Positions 19,008 through 27,348 are shown, numbered from the stretch's first letter. The stretch is 37,631 nt of DNA from a virus (IMGVR_UViG_3300005611_000082:1-37631); one strand, 5' to 3'. The notes: generated by a model not told the origin, from the letters alone. Program-made: numbers and translations.

Positions 19008-19531
19008 TTTCACTATTGTTTATAGACGATGTTTTCCTGAGCGAGAACTTCCCTATCCCCTCTTCTATCGAGCGCAAGAACATCTTGACTACGATTAAGA
19101 TTGCGCAGTTAGACGTTATTGACTTATTAGGCAAGTGCTTATACGACCACTTAGAGGCTCAGATTGATGCAGAGGCATTGACTGCTGATGAGGAGGAATT
19201 GTACGAATTATGCAAGATGTATTTGGTCTTTACTACGGCTAAGCAGTTGATGGAGTTTGTGGCTATCGAGCGAACTGTCTCTAACTCAGAGGAGACCGCA
19301 GATAGGATGATTAAGAGTGCGGAAGATAGGGCTGGATACATTAAAATGCGGATACAAAAATTCGTAAATAAAACAGAGGCATTATACAACATTACGCAGG
19401 CAGATGGATGCACAGATGAAGACAGTTATAACGAAGAGGGAACTACAACTTCGACAGGGATTTACTATCCTCGCAATAGCTATACTGGAGGCAATTCGTG
19501 TGATGATGGCATCTTTTTAGAGAACTATTGA
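19004..19531 (+). CDS. Putative head-tail adaptor
   Basis: I..AQ......LG..LY..L pattern; directly after the portal gene. Confidence 0.65.
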   Translation: MISLLFIDDVFLSENFPIPSSIERKNILTTIKIAQLDVIDLLGKCLYDHLEAQIDAEALTADEEELYELCKMYLVFTTAKQLMEFVAIERTVSNSEETADRMIKSAEDRAGYIKMRIQKFVNKTEALYNITQADGCTDEDSYNEEGTTTSTGIYYPRNSYTGGNSCDDGIFLENY

Positions 19532-19532
19532 T

Positions 19533-19697
19533 ATGAAGAACATAAGTTTAGGTACACATTTCCAAGGTCTTAATCGGCAATTCTCTTTCCCAGTATCATA
19601 TACTCAATACAAGCATAGAGTAGAAGATGATGGCGGCATTTTGTACAGTAGCGCAGAATGTACTTACGGTAAAATTAAAGCACTACAAAGATTATGA
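19533..19697 (+). CDS. 54-aa protein missing from the ORF track (RVEDDGG...C motif), likely head-spike associated
   Basis: Translated by hand: MKNISLGTHFQGLNRQFSFPVSYTQYKHRVEDDGGILYSSAECTYGKIKALQRL; fills the gap exactly; ATGA overlap with the next gene. Confidence 0.75.
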   Translation: MKNISLGTHFQGLNRQFSFPVSYTQYKHRVEDDGGILYSSAECTYGKIKALQRL

Positions 19698-21463
19698 GTT
19701 TATTCGATGATGCGAGTTTAGTATTGATTCCAGACGGTGCTAAGGATGGCACTTTGTATTCAGTTAAGCCTACCGATGGAACTGGGGATTTCACCTTTAC
19801 ACGAGGCAGCAATTTAGCTGCTACGAGGGTAGATGAGAACGGGTTAATTGAGAAGGGTAGAGAGAATCTATTGTTGCAATCAAATCAGTTTGATACTACT
19901 TGGACAAATAATAACAGTACCGAAACAAGTGGGCAGGCAGGATACGATGGAACGAATGATGCGTGGTTATTAGAAAGCACATCTACGGTTTTTTCTTTAT
20001 ATCAAGATTATTCACAATCTGGAGTTTCAACATTTTCGATATATGCCAAACAAGGTACATCTACCAGTTTTGGAATTGACATTTTTACATCTGCTTCAAC
20101 GAATGCACAATTTTTTAATTTATCTGATGGAAGTTTAGGCAGTTCAACTGGTAGTGTTATTAGTGCTAATATAATAGATATAGGGAATGGATGGTATCGT
20201 TGTAGCGTAACGACTAATAATACTGGCACAGTTTATTACGCAAGAATTACAAATGGCGTAGGTAATACATACATCCAAGACGCTCAATTAGAGGTTGGTT
20301 TAGTAGCAACCGACTACATAGAAACGGGAGCGACTACTGCACAAGCAGGTATCTTAGAGGACTTACCGAGAATAGATTATAGCGGAGGGGCAAGTTGTCC
20401 AGCACTTTTACTTGAGCCTCAACGGACAAATCAAGCAGAATCTTCGGAGCAGTTTAATAATACTGCTCATTGGGTAAATAATGAGGGTACAACAATTACA
20501 GCAAATGATGCCACCTCTCCAGAGGGAGTTTCTAATGCGTTTAAATTAGTTCCTTTTGCTACCAATGCATATCATAGAATCTTTGAGGGAGGCTCAATCA
20601 CGACAGGCAACCCATATACTTTTTCAATCTTTGCAAAGAAAGGAGAGTATAGATATATGCTTATTCGTAATAATGGTATTGGTTCAACAGGTCAAGCAAA
20701 CATAGGTGTAGACCTTCAAGAGGGTACAATTACTTATGCAGATAGCGATTATGATTCTTACGATATTGAAGATTATGGTAATGGATGGTATCGTATTTGG
20801 GCTTCAGCAGATGCTGCCCAAAACACTTATAACATTGGTATTCGTTTCCAAAACTATGAGCAAGTAAATAGTGGTATAAGCACATTTACAGGAGACGGGA
20901 CTTCAGGAGGTTATGTTTACGGATGGCAAGTAGAAGCAGGCAGCTACCCTACCTCATATATCCCTACCTATGGTACGAGTGTGACGAGGGGTGGAGAAGG
21001 TCGTGTAAACCGATTAACATCACCTATTACATTTGCAGCAGGTGAAGACTTTACTCTTTACTTTGAAGGTGAGTTCAACCCCCTTAATCCATTACCTATG
21101 TTGATGGGAGGTCGCACCACATCAAATGCTTATTGGTGGATTACAAGTAATGTAGGAGCATCAGGTAAGTTATCAAGCGATAGCGGAACTGAAATAGCTA
21201 CATATGTTGGCGGAAGCATAACCCCTTATACAAGACACAAATTCCTTGTAAAAAGAGCATCTAATGTGGTTACATTTTACCAAGATGGCGGAGCGTTAAC
21301 AACAACGCAAGGAAGCGGTGTTGCAGATGCTTGGACTTTTCAATCATTAGGGTATGGATTTAACGATGTGGGTTCATATTCTTTTTTGGGTAAAGCATAT
21401 CAAGCTATGGTATTCCCAACTGCACTATCAAACGAAGAAGCAATAGCACTAACTACTATCTAA
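19694..21463 (+). CDS. Head spike fibre-domain protein with two carbohydrate-binding-like repeats and a C-terminal ConA/LamG-like domain
   Basis: FTR...ATRVD.NGLIE, PRIDY, LLLEPQRTN, two GNGWYR repeats, QVEAGSYPTSYIPT, C-terminal F..ALS.EE...LT. Confidence 0.8.
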   Translation: MSLFDDASLVLIPDGAKDGTLYSVKPTDGTGDFTFTRGSNLAATRVDENGLIEKGRENLLLQSNQFDTTWTNNNSTETSGQAGYDGTNDAWLLESTSTVFSLYQDYSQSGVSTFSIYAKQGTSTSFGIDIFTSASTNAQFFNLSDGSLGSSTGSVISANIIDIGNGWYRCSVTTNNTGTVYYARITNGVGNTYIQDAQLEVGLVATDYIETGATTAQAGILEDLPRIDYSGGASCPALLLEPQRTNQAESSEQFNNTAHWVNNEGTTITANDATSPEGVSNAFKLVPFATNAYHRIFEGGSITTGNPYTFSIFAKKGEYRYMLIRNNGIGSTGQANIGVDLQEGTITYADSDYDSYDIEDYGNGWYRIWASADAAQNTYNIGIRFQNYEQVNSGISTFTGDGTSGGYVYGWQVEAGSYPTSYIPTYGTSVTRGGEGRVNRLTSPITFAAGEDFTLYFEGEFNPLNPLPMLMGGRTTSNAYWWITSNVGASGKLSSDSGTEIATYVGGSITPYTRHKFLVKRASNVVTFYQDGGALTTTQGSGVADAWTFQSLGYGFNDVGSYSFLGKAYQAMVFPTALSNEEAIALTTI

Positions 21464-21464
21464 T

Positions 21465-21833
21465 ATGAGAACATTCAGAAAATACGAGTTCGGCAGTAAA
21501 GGCGCGGCAAGTACGAAGATTAACGCATTAGGGGTAGACGAAGAAGGCAACCCTACACACAATCACGCCATCGTTCGATTGGGAAATCTTGTATTGCAAG
21601 AGGGTACATACGATGAGGAAGGCAACGAAGTAACTCCACCCGTAATGAGCGACACTTATCACGTGGACGTTTTATGGGATGGCGAGCCCTTGAGTTCGTG
21701 GGATAGCGCGTTGGTTTGGTGTCCTCCAATGGGAGTGCACGTATTTGGAAGTTCGAGTGCGATTGCGGAATGGGTGGAGAAGTGCAAGGAGTTGCATCCT
21801 GAATACTTCCCTGAACCTGATACAACAGAATAA
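21465..21833 (+). CDS. Conserved hypothetical protein downstream of the fibre gene
   Basis: F.KYEF, YHVDVLW and G.H.F motifs; 1 nt after the previous stop. Confidence 0.7.
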   Translation: MRTFRKYEFGSKGAASTKINALGVDEEGNPTHNHAIVRLGNLVLQEGTYDEEGNEVTPPVMSDTYHVDVLWDGEPLSSWDSALVWCPPMGVHVFGSSSAIAEWVEKCKELHPEYFPEPDTTE

Positions 21834-21846
21834 ATAACAACTTAAA

Positions 21847-21859
21847 CAATAAATTATGA
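21847..21859 (+). repeat. 13-bp direct repeat, left copy (CAATAAATTATGA); right copy at 22667-22679
   Basis: Exact match on both sides of the endonuclease gene. Confidence 0.85.
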
Positions 21860-21901
21860 CAAGCGCAGACGGATTGTGTTTTAATTTCGTATCTTTAGTA
21901 T

Positions 21902-22672
21902 ATGCCATTTGTATATAGACATTATAGATTAGATACACGCGAGGTGTTTTATGTGGGTATTGGAAGCCGAAAAGATAGACATAACTCAAAGCGTAACAGA
22001 AATTCTTATTGGAATAATATTGTAAACAAGCATGGGTTTTCTTCCGAAATTATTGCAGATGATATAAGCAGAGAAGAAGCAAAAGAGTTAGAAATATTCC
22101 TTATACAGGAGTATGGGAGGAAAGATAATGGAACTGGATGCTTAGTGAATATGACAGATGGGGGTGAAGGAATTAATGGTGTTGATTCTTCTGTGTTTGA
22201 CAAAGAAAAGATTAAAAAAAGAAGCAACTTACTTAAAAAAAAGTTTTCAGATATAATACTCGACATTGAAACTGGCGTTTATTATATTGGCTTAAAGGAA
22301 GCAGCTAAATATTCTGGAATGAAAAAAGACGCTCTTTGGAAAAGAGTAAGTAATAGGATGTATAATGATACAAAATACCGTAAAACTACCGAAAGTGGAT
22401 ATTTAGAGCCAGTTAAAAAAGAAAGAACATATAAGTCAACAGGAAAATCAAGAGGCAGACCTTTAAAGGGTAGACCTTTATCTGTGCCAGTTTTAGATAT
22501 TTACACTGGAGTTTATTACAAGGATGTTTCAGAGTTGTCAAAATATGTTAAAGGCTCTTTAAGCATTATCAGGTACTACGCTTATTCAAATGACAAAAAT
22601 GGATATTATCCATATTCAATAGCAGAACAAAACCTTATTAATAAAAGACATAATAAAAATTTTAATCAATAA
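21902..22672 (+). mobile_element. Free-standing GIY-YIG-like homing endonuclease gene with two NUMOD1-like DNA-binding repeats
   Basis: FVY.H......FYVG.G...R, conserved Glu, LVNMTDGGEG; repeats ILDIETGVYY and VLDIYTGVYY; markedly A-rich relative to its neighbours. Confidence 0.8.
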
Positions 22673-22675
22673 ATT

Positions 22676-22924
22676 ATGATACAGGCACAAGGATATCTAA
22701 TCGGCACAGAAGCAGAATGTCTTGCTTATGACAGTGCAGTAACCGCAGGAGAAGGTTACAATGGTACTACTACTCGATGGGCTGAACCCCGTAAACATCC
22801 AGTAGAAGATAAGTGGGCTATTGTAAAGCACAAGAACTACGAAGAGGCTACTATGGAATATGTAGCAGAACTCGATAGCACTTGGACTCCTGATGACATT
22901 CAGGATGCAGAGATTGTAGAATAA
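22676..22924 (+). CDS. Hypothetical protein
   Basis: 82 aa with TTRWA.P.KHP motif; good start context. Confidence 0.75.
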   Translation: MIQAQGYLIGTEAECLAYDSAVTAGEGYNGTTTRWAEPRKHPVEDKWAIVKHKNYEEATMEYVAELDSTWTPDDIQDAEIVE

Positions 22925-22940
22925 TAACATAACTTTAGCG

Positions 22941-23228
22941 ATGATAGGACTTGAGATTGGGATAGCTCTTGGCGTATTAATACTTAGCGGAGTTGGGAAG
23001 ATGCTATGGGATAAGTACACTTCTATTCGTGAGGACTTAAAAGAACTTGTGGTCAAGATTAATGAAACACAAGATAAGACTCAGGACAACGCTAAGGACA
23101 TTGAATACTTACGCAGGGATATGGAGACGCATACCAATACTACAAACAGAATCTTCGAGATATTGGACAACATCCAAAAAACCATCTCAAACATCGAGAA
23201 GCTATTGGCTAAAAACCAAATTAGCTGA
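22941..23228 (+). CDS. Putative holin (single N-terminal TM + coiled coil)
   Basis: Hydrophobic residues 2-22; directly before the endolysin. Confidence 0.55.
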   Translation: MIGLEIGIALGVLILSGVGKMLWDKYTSIREDLKELVVKINETQDKTQDNAKDIEYLRRDMETHTNTTNRIFEILDNIQKTISNIEKLLAKNQIS

Positions 23229-23647
23229 TGAAGGTAGTCCCATCTAATAAGGCAAGAAAGTGGGTAGCTGGTATCGGATTGGTAGCGGCTACCTATTTCA
23301 CTACAACAGAGTTCTCCTCTCCTGACGACTTAGGCAGCGGAGAACTAATCCATCCTGTATTGGTGGCGAAGTTGGATTCCATGCGTGAAGAGGCAGGATT
23401 CGCTTTCATCATCAACTCAGGAGTAAGAACTGAAACCCATAATGAGCGAGTAGGAGGGGTTGTAAACTCAGCCCATACCTATCCTTGCTATTGTGCGGTA
23501 GATGTGAGGTATAAGACCAAGGCTCAGCGCAACGCTATCATCCACCTCGCTAAGGAGCATGGCATCACTCGCATCGGAATTGGGGCATCGTTTGTCCACC
23601 TTGACATAGACACCACTAAACCACAAAACGTAACTTGGTACTACTAA
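23228..23647 (+). CDS. Endolysin, peptidase M15 family (Zn-dependent)
   Basis: INSG.R...HN..VGG..NSAH, AVD and GIG..FVHLD motifs. Confidence 0.9.
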   Translation: MKVVPSNKARKWVAGIGLVAATYFTTTEFSSPDDLGSGELIHPVLVAKLDSMREEAGFAFIINSGVRTETHNERVGGVVNSAHTYPCYCAVDVRYKTKAQRNAIIHLAKEHGITRIGIGASFVHLDIDTTKPQNVTWYY

Positions 23648-24102
23648 GACGTATCTTAATCGGCTTACTGCTTCTTACTGCGGTTACTTCTTGCGACCCT
23701 GTAAGACGTAGCCATAGACTTGTAAAGAAGGCTATCTATTTGAACCCTTCCTTATCGGACAAGGACACCTTATATCTTAGAGATACCCTTATAAGCGATT
23801 TTAAGCCCTTCTCAGACACTATCGTCATTTTTAGGGGTGATACTATCATAAAAGAGAGAAGTATCGTTAGAACGCTTCAAATGAAGCCAGATACGATTAT
23901 ACTGAACGGAGTTTGTCCTCCTGATACGTTCTACTTGGAGGATGTGAGGTATGTAGACCGAGTAGTGGTAGATGTAGATGATATTGAGAAGACCAAGAAT
24001 AGCATCGGAGACATCATAGATAAGCTAATCAACCTGTTCTTAGTGATTCTCGGTATCGTTATCGTGGTTGTGCTTAGGGGATTGCTCAAGGGTATCATAT
24101 AA
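23635..24102 (+). CDS. Putative unimolecular spanin (lipoprotein with C-terminal TM)
   Basis: Signal peptide with lipobox VTS-C20, DT-rich beta segments, C-terminal hydrophobic helix; after the endolysin; start codon is TTG and uncertain. Confidence 0.65.
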   Translation: MVLLRRILIGLLLLTAVTSCDPVRRSHRLVKKAIYLNPSLSDKDTLYLRDTLISDFKPFSDTIVIFRGDTIIKERSIVRTLQMKPDTIILNGVCPPDTFYLEDVRYVDRVVVDVDDIEKTKNSIGDIIDKLINLFLVILGIVIVVVLRGLLKGII

Positions 24103-24104
24103 TT

Positions 24105-24136
24105 AAAAACCCCCTCCATATCGCTACGGAAGGGGT
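24105..24136 (-). terminator. Terminator of the - arm at the convergence point
   Basis: ACCCCTTCCGTA-GCGA-TATGGAGGGGGT followed by TTTT on the - strand. Confidence 0.85.
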
Positions 24137-24182
24137 CGAAGGCTGACAACTCTCTATTGTCAGTTTAGGTACAAAAGTAAAG

Positions 24183-24407
24183 CTAATCCAAAGGTAATAC
24201 TGAATGTATCTTTCCAAAAGATACGGTTTCTTTCTCCTTTACACCAAGCCTCTTTCTAAGGGCATTGATGCGCCTGTCATCAGCAGGTAGGGTATTAGGG
24301 TCATCGGTAGGTGCTATTATCCAATCTCGATACTTACTCTCTACGACTCGATTCCTGACCTTCTTAGACACGATTACATCGCATTCGATATAGTATATCT
24401 TAGGCAT
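24183..24407 (-). CDS. Hypothetical basic protein
   Basis: 74-aa ORF overlapping the upstream stop. Confidence 0.7.
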   Translation of the reverse strand: MPKIYYIECDVIVSKKVRNRVVESKYRDWIIAPTDDPNTLPADDRRINALRKRLGVKEKETVSFGKIHSVLPLD

Positions 24408-24603
24408 TCTTCTTGCGCTTACGTTCGGTGTAATGGTTCGATAGGAACAAGATGGAATATAGGAACAAGATGGAATATAACACCATTACGACTACTAAAG
24501 GCATCCATATGGGGGATACAACCATCACCCACGACCAGTCAATAACGCCTGTGAGTTTAAGACCGATAAACAATACGGTCAGTAGGGGAGCAATATATTT
24601 CAT
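24400..24603 (-). CDS. Small membrane protein (Fragile-X-F/TMEM185-like phage family)
   Basis: LLT.LFI.LKLTG.IDWSW..V.SPIW signature. Confidence 0.8.
   Translation of the reverse strand: MKYIAPLLTVLFIGLKLTGVIDWSWVMVVSPIWMPLVVVMVLYSILFLYSILFLSNHYTERKRKKNA
24441..24479. repeat. 18-bp tandem duplication (YSILFL x2)
   Basis: ATAGGAACAAGATGGAAT repeated twice. Confidence 0.9.
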
Positions 24604-24851
24604 TTGTCTGTTTTAATTAATTTCTCTAAGTAAAGTGATAAGTCCATAGCCTCCTCCTGAGCATGGAGCAACCAGTCGGATGGAGCAAGGTCGGTTCGGT
24701 CAAGGTTGGTATTGTACTTCTTCTGACCTACCTCTGAGCGAGTAACGTACTTATCCAATACGCTGTTTACTATGGAGTCTTTGACCTTAGGGGTGTCTTC
24801 TACTAAGATGCCAAGCTCTCTAAGCTCTTGTACGCTGATTTCAATCTTCAT
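24600..24851 (-). CDS. Conserved small helical phage protein, possibly all-alpha NTP pyrophosphohydrolase-like
   Basis: R...G.KKY...L.R.DL...WL.HAQEE.MD...Y motif. Confidence 0.55.
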   Translation of the reverse strand: MKIEISVQELRELGILVEDTPKVKDSIVNSVLDKYVTRSEVGQKKYNTNLDRTDLAPSDWLLHAQEEAMDLSLYLEKLIKTDK

Positions 24852-25095
24852 GTCCTAATGCTTTAAGTTGTTGCTTAACGGCTCTAATAATCATAGTCTC
24901 TAACTTCTCGTGTACGATGCCTGTGTAGGCTTCAGATAGGGCGGTAGACCAAGTGTGGCGATAAGGATTAAAGTACATATCGAAGGATAGGTCTTCATCA
25001 TTCCATCGAGGATAGCTGCGCTCCATCGTCTTAGGTGTCTCCGTACCCATGGTATGGATCACCAACTTGCGGATTTCTTCTTCTAAGTTGTTCAT
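24841..25095 (-). CDS. Hypothetical protein
   Basis: 84-aa ORF coupled to its neighbours. Confidence 0.7.
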   Translation of the reverse strand: MNNLEEEIRKLVIHTMGTETPKTMERSYPRWNDEDLSFDMYFNPYRHTWSTALSEAYTGIVHEKLETMIIRAVKQQLKALGHED

Positions 25096-25622
25096 AGTTC
25101 AATATAAATTATGTCTTGGATATAGGGTTTAAGGTCTTCTTTTTTGATGTAAGTGAACACATCCTTTCGGTCTTTACGACCTATCCACTTATAGAGGTGG
25201 TCTTCTGCTGATAGCTTATTGGCTCTCTTCACCTTAGTCAGGTCAAATGGCTCACATAACTTTATGGTAGCCTCTCGGAGCAGGTTCTTAGGTACAATAA
25301 AGAACCCTGTGTCTATCTGAAAGGCGATAAAGTCAGCATGGGAGTTCTTAGATGCCCATCCTGCCTTACCATTAACGGAAATCATCTCGACCAATATAAA
25401 CCCCTTCTTATAGGATGGCTTATTGGATTTCACATCTACACCTCCGTAGATTCCGTACTGACCATCAAGCATAAAGTCTACATGGTTGTAGTTATTCGCT
25501 CCATGCTCTATGGATAATCCTGTTGCCATAGCGAACAGGTCTTCTGCGTGCTTCCCTTCCTTCATACACTTCTGTATATGCTCAGGAGAGGATAATGCTT
25601 TGGCTTTATTACTTACCATCAC
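25092..25622 (-). CDS. PD-(D/E)XK restriction-endonuclease-like protein
   Basis: G..AE, HVDF, VDVK, VE and GW......AD.IAF motifs. Confidence 0.7.
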   Translation of the reverse strand: MMVSNKAKALSSPEHIQKCMKEGKHAEDLFAMATGLSIEHGANNYNHVDFMLDGQYGIYGGVDVKSNKPSYKKGFILVEMISVNGKAGWASKNSHADFIAFQIDTGFFIVPKNLLREATIKLCEPFDLTKVKRANKLSAEDHLYKWIGRKDRKDVFTYIKKEDLKPYIQDIIYIEL

Positions 25623-25884
25623 CCCAGTAGTTCATTGAGAATAGTTTTGATGTAACCATTGATGTCGGTATCGAGATAATGGCTACGGCTGTATCTGCTG
25701 GGCTTACAAGCACGATTGCAGTCAGGATGATAGAAAGCCACAGGGAGTAGCATTCATCGCAGGAGAAGGGCTTAAAATTAAGATAGGAGTCTATGATTCC
25801 TTTCTCGTATAAGAACCTCCACGAGTAGTGGTAGTATATTCCGCACATAATGCCGAGAAATATCATTTTAACAACTTCAATCAT
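25609..25884 (-). CDS. Small membrane protein with CxxC (DUF1360-like)
   Basis: KPFSCDECYSLW between hydrophobic helices. Confidence 0.65.
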   Translation of the reverse strand: MIEVVKMIFLGIMCGIYYHYSWRFLYEKGIIDSYLNFKPFSCDECYSLWLSIILTAIVLVSPADTAVAIISIPTSMVTSKLFSMNYWGDGK

Positions 25885-26272
25885 CTTTGTCTTCTGTTAA
25901 TTGGGTTAGTATTGCTTTTTGCAGTTCGACACCATCCTCTCCTGATACCCAAGTGGTGCATCTACCGAGCAGGTGGTCTGCCCAGTTTAGTCTGCGAACC
26001 TCATCCACTATCAGGTTATGTATCATTCGGATAGCAAAGGCATAGGGCTGTCGTTGGGCATCTACCTTGTCGAGGTATCGTTCTGCCATCTTCAGCAAAA
26101 CGTTCCCTACAATCTCTTCCTTTGTAATCTTGGGGATGCCCTTGTCTCTGAACCAAGTGTTCATAATGGAGTAAACCATCCACACCAGCATTTTCCCTAA
26201 ATCCTCCGTAATATAGCCTACGGTCTTGGAGAAGGCAGTGCGGTCATTAAACTCCTTTACATCTATTCTCAT
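25877..26272 (-). CDS. Putative sigma domain 2-only factor, T4 gp55-like
   Basis: IT..LG.M, KEEIV...L, D....P.A.....I.N.....R pattern parallels gp55/sigma region 2; no region 4. Confidence 0.55.
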   Translation of the reverse strand: MRIDVKEFNDRTAFSKTVGYITEDLGKMLVWMVYSIMNTWFRDKGIPKITKEEIVGNVLLKMAERYLDKVDAQRQPYAFAIRMIHNLIVDEVRRLNWADHLLGRCTTWVSGEDGVELQKAILTQLTEDKDD

Positions 26273-26475
26273 TTGTCGGAATCTCTAATCAAGCGATTTA
26301 TAAACTCAGGGTCGAGGTGCTTAATGGCTCTAAGCGACTTACGCTCTTCAACCTTGATGTTCTCTCGCTCTGTCTTGGTGGAGTCGCAACCGAGGTAGGC
26401 AACCGCTATATGGTTGGCTTCCAATACAGCATCTATCTGCGCTCTAACTTCTGGGTCTGTAAAGTATGGTGTCAT
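26269..26475 (-). CDS. Hypothetical protein
   Basis: 68-aa helical ORF with ATGA overlaps on both sides. Confidence 0.75.
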   Translation of the reverse strand: MTPYFTDPEVRAQIDAVLEANHIAVAYLGCDSTKTERENIKVEERKSLRAIKHLDPEFINRLIRDSDK

Positions 26476-26831
26476 CTGTAAAATATGCTTAGTATTGCGG
26501 TGTCTTTATCTATCTCCTTGGAGGACATAATCTCTAAGTGCTTAAAATACTTAGGGCTGTCATCAGGAACTACTCCGTTGTGTTTAAGGGAATCGTTAAA
26601 GAACTTAAACAACATCACTGTATTGTCTATGTCCATTCGGTTGTTTATAACCAACGATAGTTCGTACTCTTGGATGTTGCTAAGCCCTGCCTGTTGGATG
26701 AGCTTATCAAACATCTTCCTGTACTTCTGCTTCTGTGAGGAGCGGTATGTCCAATGAGGAGAAGAGTAAAACTTATTCAGTGATGGAAACTTCTCCTCGA
26801 TGATGAACCTTGCTTGTCTGTAATACTTCAT
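26472..26831 (-). CDS. rusA: RusA-like Holliday junction resolvase
   Basis: PSLN, DIDN, K...D.L...G...DDS catalytic pattern. Confidence 0.85.
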   Translation of the reverse strand: MKYYRQARFIIEEKFPSLNKFYSSPHWTYRSSQKQKYRKMFDKLIQQAGLSNIQEYELSLVINNRMDIDNTVMLFKFFNDSLKHNGVVPDDSPKYFKHLEIMSSKEIDKDTAILSIFYR

Positions 26832-26835
26832 GCCA

Positions 26836-26843
26836 CAAAGGTA
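26836..26843 (-). promoter_or_regulatory. Host-type -7 element TACCTTTG, 4 nt before the rusA ATG (leaderless)
   Basis: TAnnTTTG inside a 19-nt intergenic gap. Confidence 0.65.
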
Positions 26844-26850
26844 TAAAAAA

Positions 26851-27348
26851 CTACATAGAAAGATGGCTTCTATCTAAAAAACCTCTGTAATACATCGTTC
26901 TACCGCCCTCTACGATGGGATTGTCAGGGAAGTAATCCTTCAATGGGTTGATGGTTACATATCGTTCCTTCCTATTGTCATCGTATGTAGTCTTCAAGTC
27001 CTTACCTTTCATGTACTTCTTAGTCCAAGCTACATCAGCCAATACAAACTTCATGGTGGCAAAGTTGAACATACAGAAGTAGTCGGTATAGCAAGTGGAT
27101 ATGCCTGCTTTGATAGGATTCTCTCCTGAGCAGTCAAAGATAGTGATGCGCTCCTCTTCCTCCTCAATGCCGTTCTCAAAGTATAGCTTGCAACTGTACT
27201 TCTTAAACTTGCTACCAAGGATTACTATCTCCTCCATCTCAGGGTCATACTTAGCCCTCAGGTCTAAGCCTAAGTTCATGTAGAGGGCAAACAAGCGGTA
27301 ATAAGAATCCGATGTCTGTGGGAAGAACTTATTCTCTCTTAGCTTCAT
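26851..27348 (-). CDS. Hypothetical protein, possibly a degenerate PD-(D/E)XK fold
   Basis: AGISTCYTDYF resembles the SGI..T.AD.W segment of phage nucleases; catalytic residues not evident. Confidence 0.5.
   Translation of the reverse strand: MKLRENKFFPQTSDSYYRLFALYMNLGLDLRAKYDPEMEEIVILGSKFKKYSCKLYFENGIEEEEERITIFDCSGENPIKAGISTCYTDYFCMFNFATMKFVLADVAWTKKYMKGKDLKTTYDDNRKERYVTINPLKDYFPDNPIVEGGRTMYYRGFLDRSHLSM

Noticed and set aside
19694-21463. Diversity-generating retroelement acting on the fibre genes
   Set aside because: No reverse transcriptase; the internal repeats are diverged at the protein level, not an adenine-specific TR/VR pair
21834-22675. Group I intron around the endonuclease
   Set aside because: Only ~70 nt of non-coding flank, no ribozyme core; neighbouring genes are intact
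25092-25622. Restriction-modification pair with the C5 methyltransferase
   Set aside because: The genes are 7 kb apart in different blocks; such nucleases are common stand-alone phage genes
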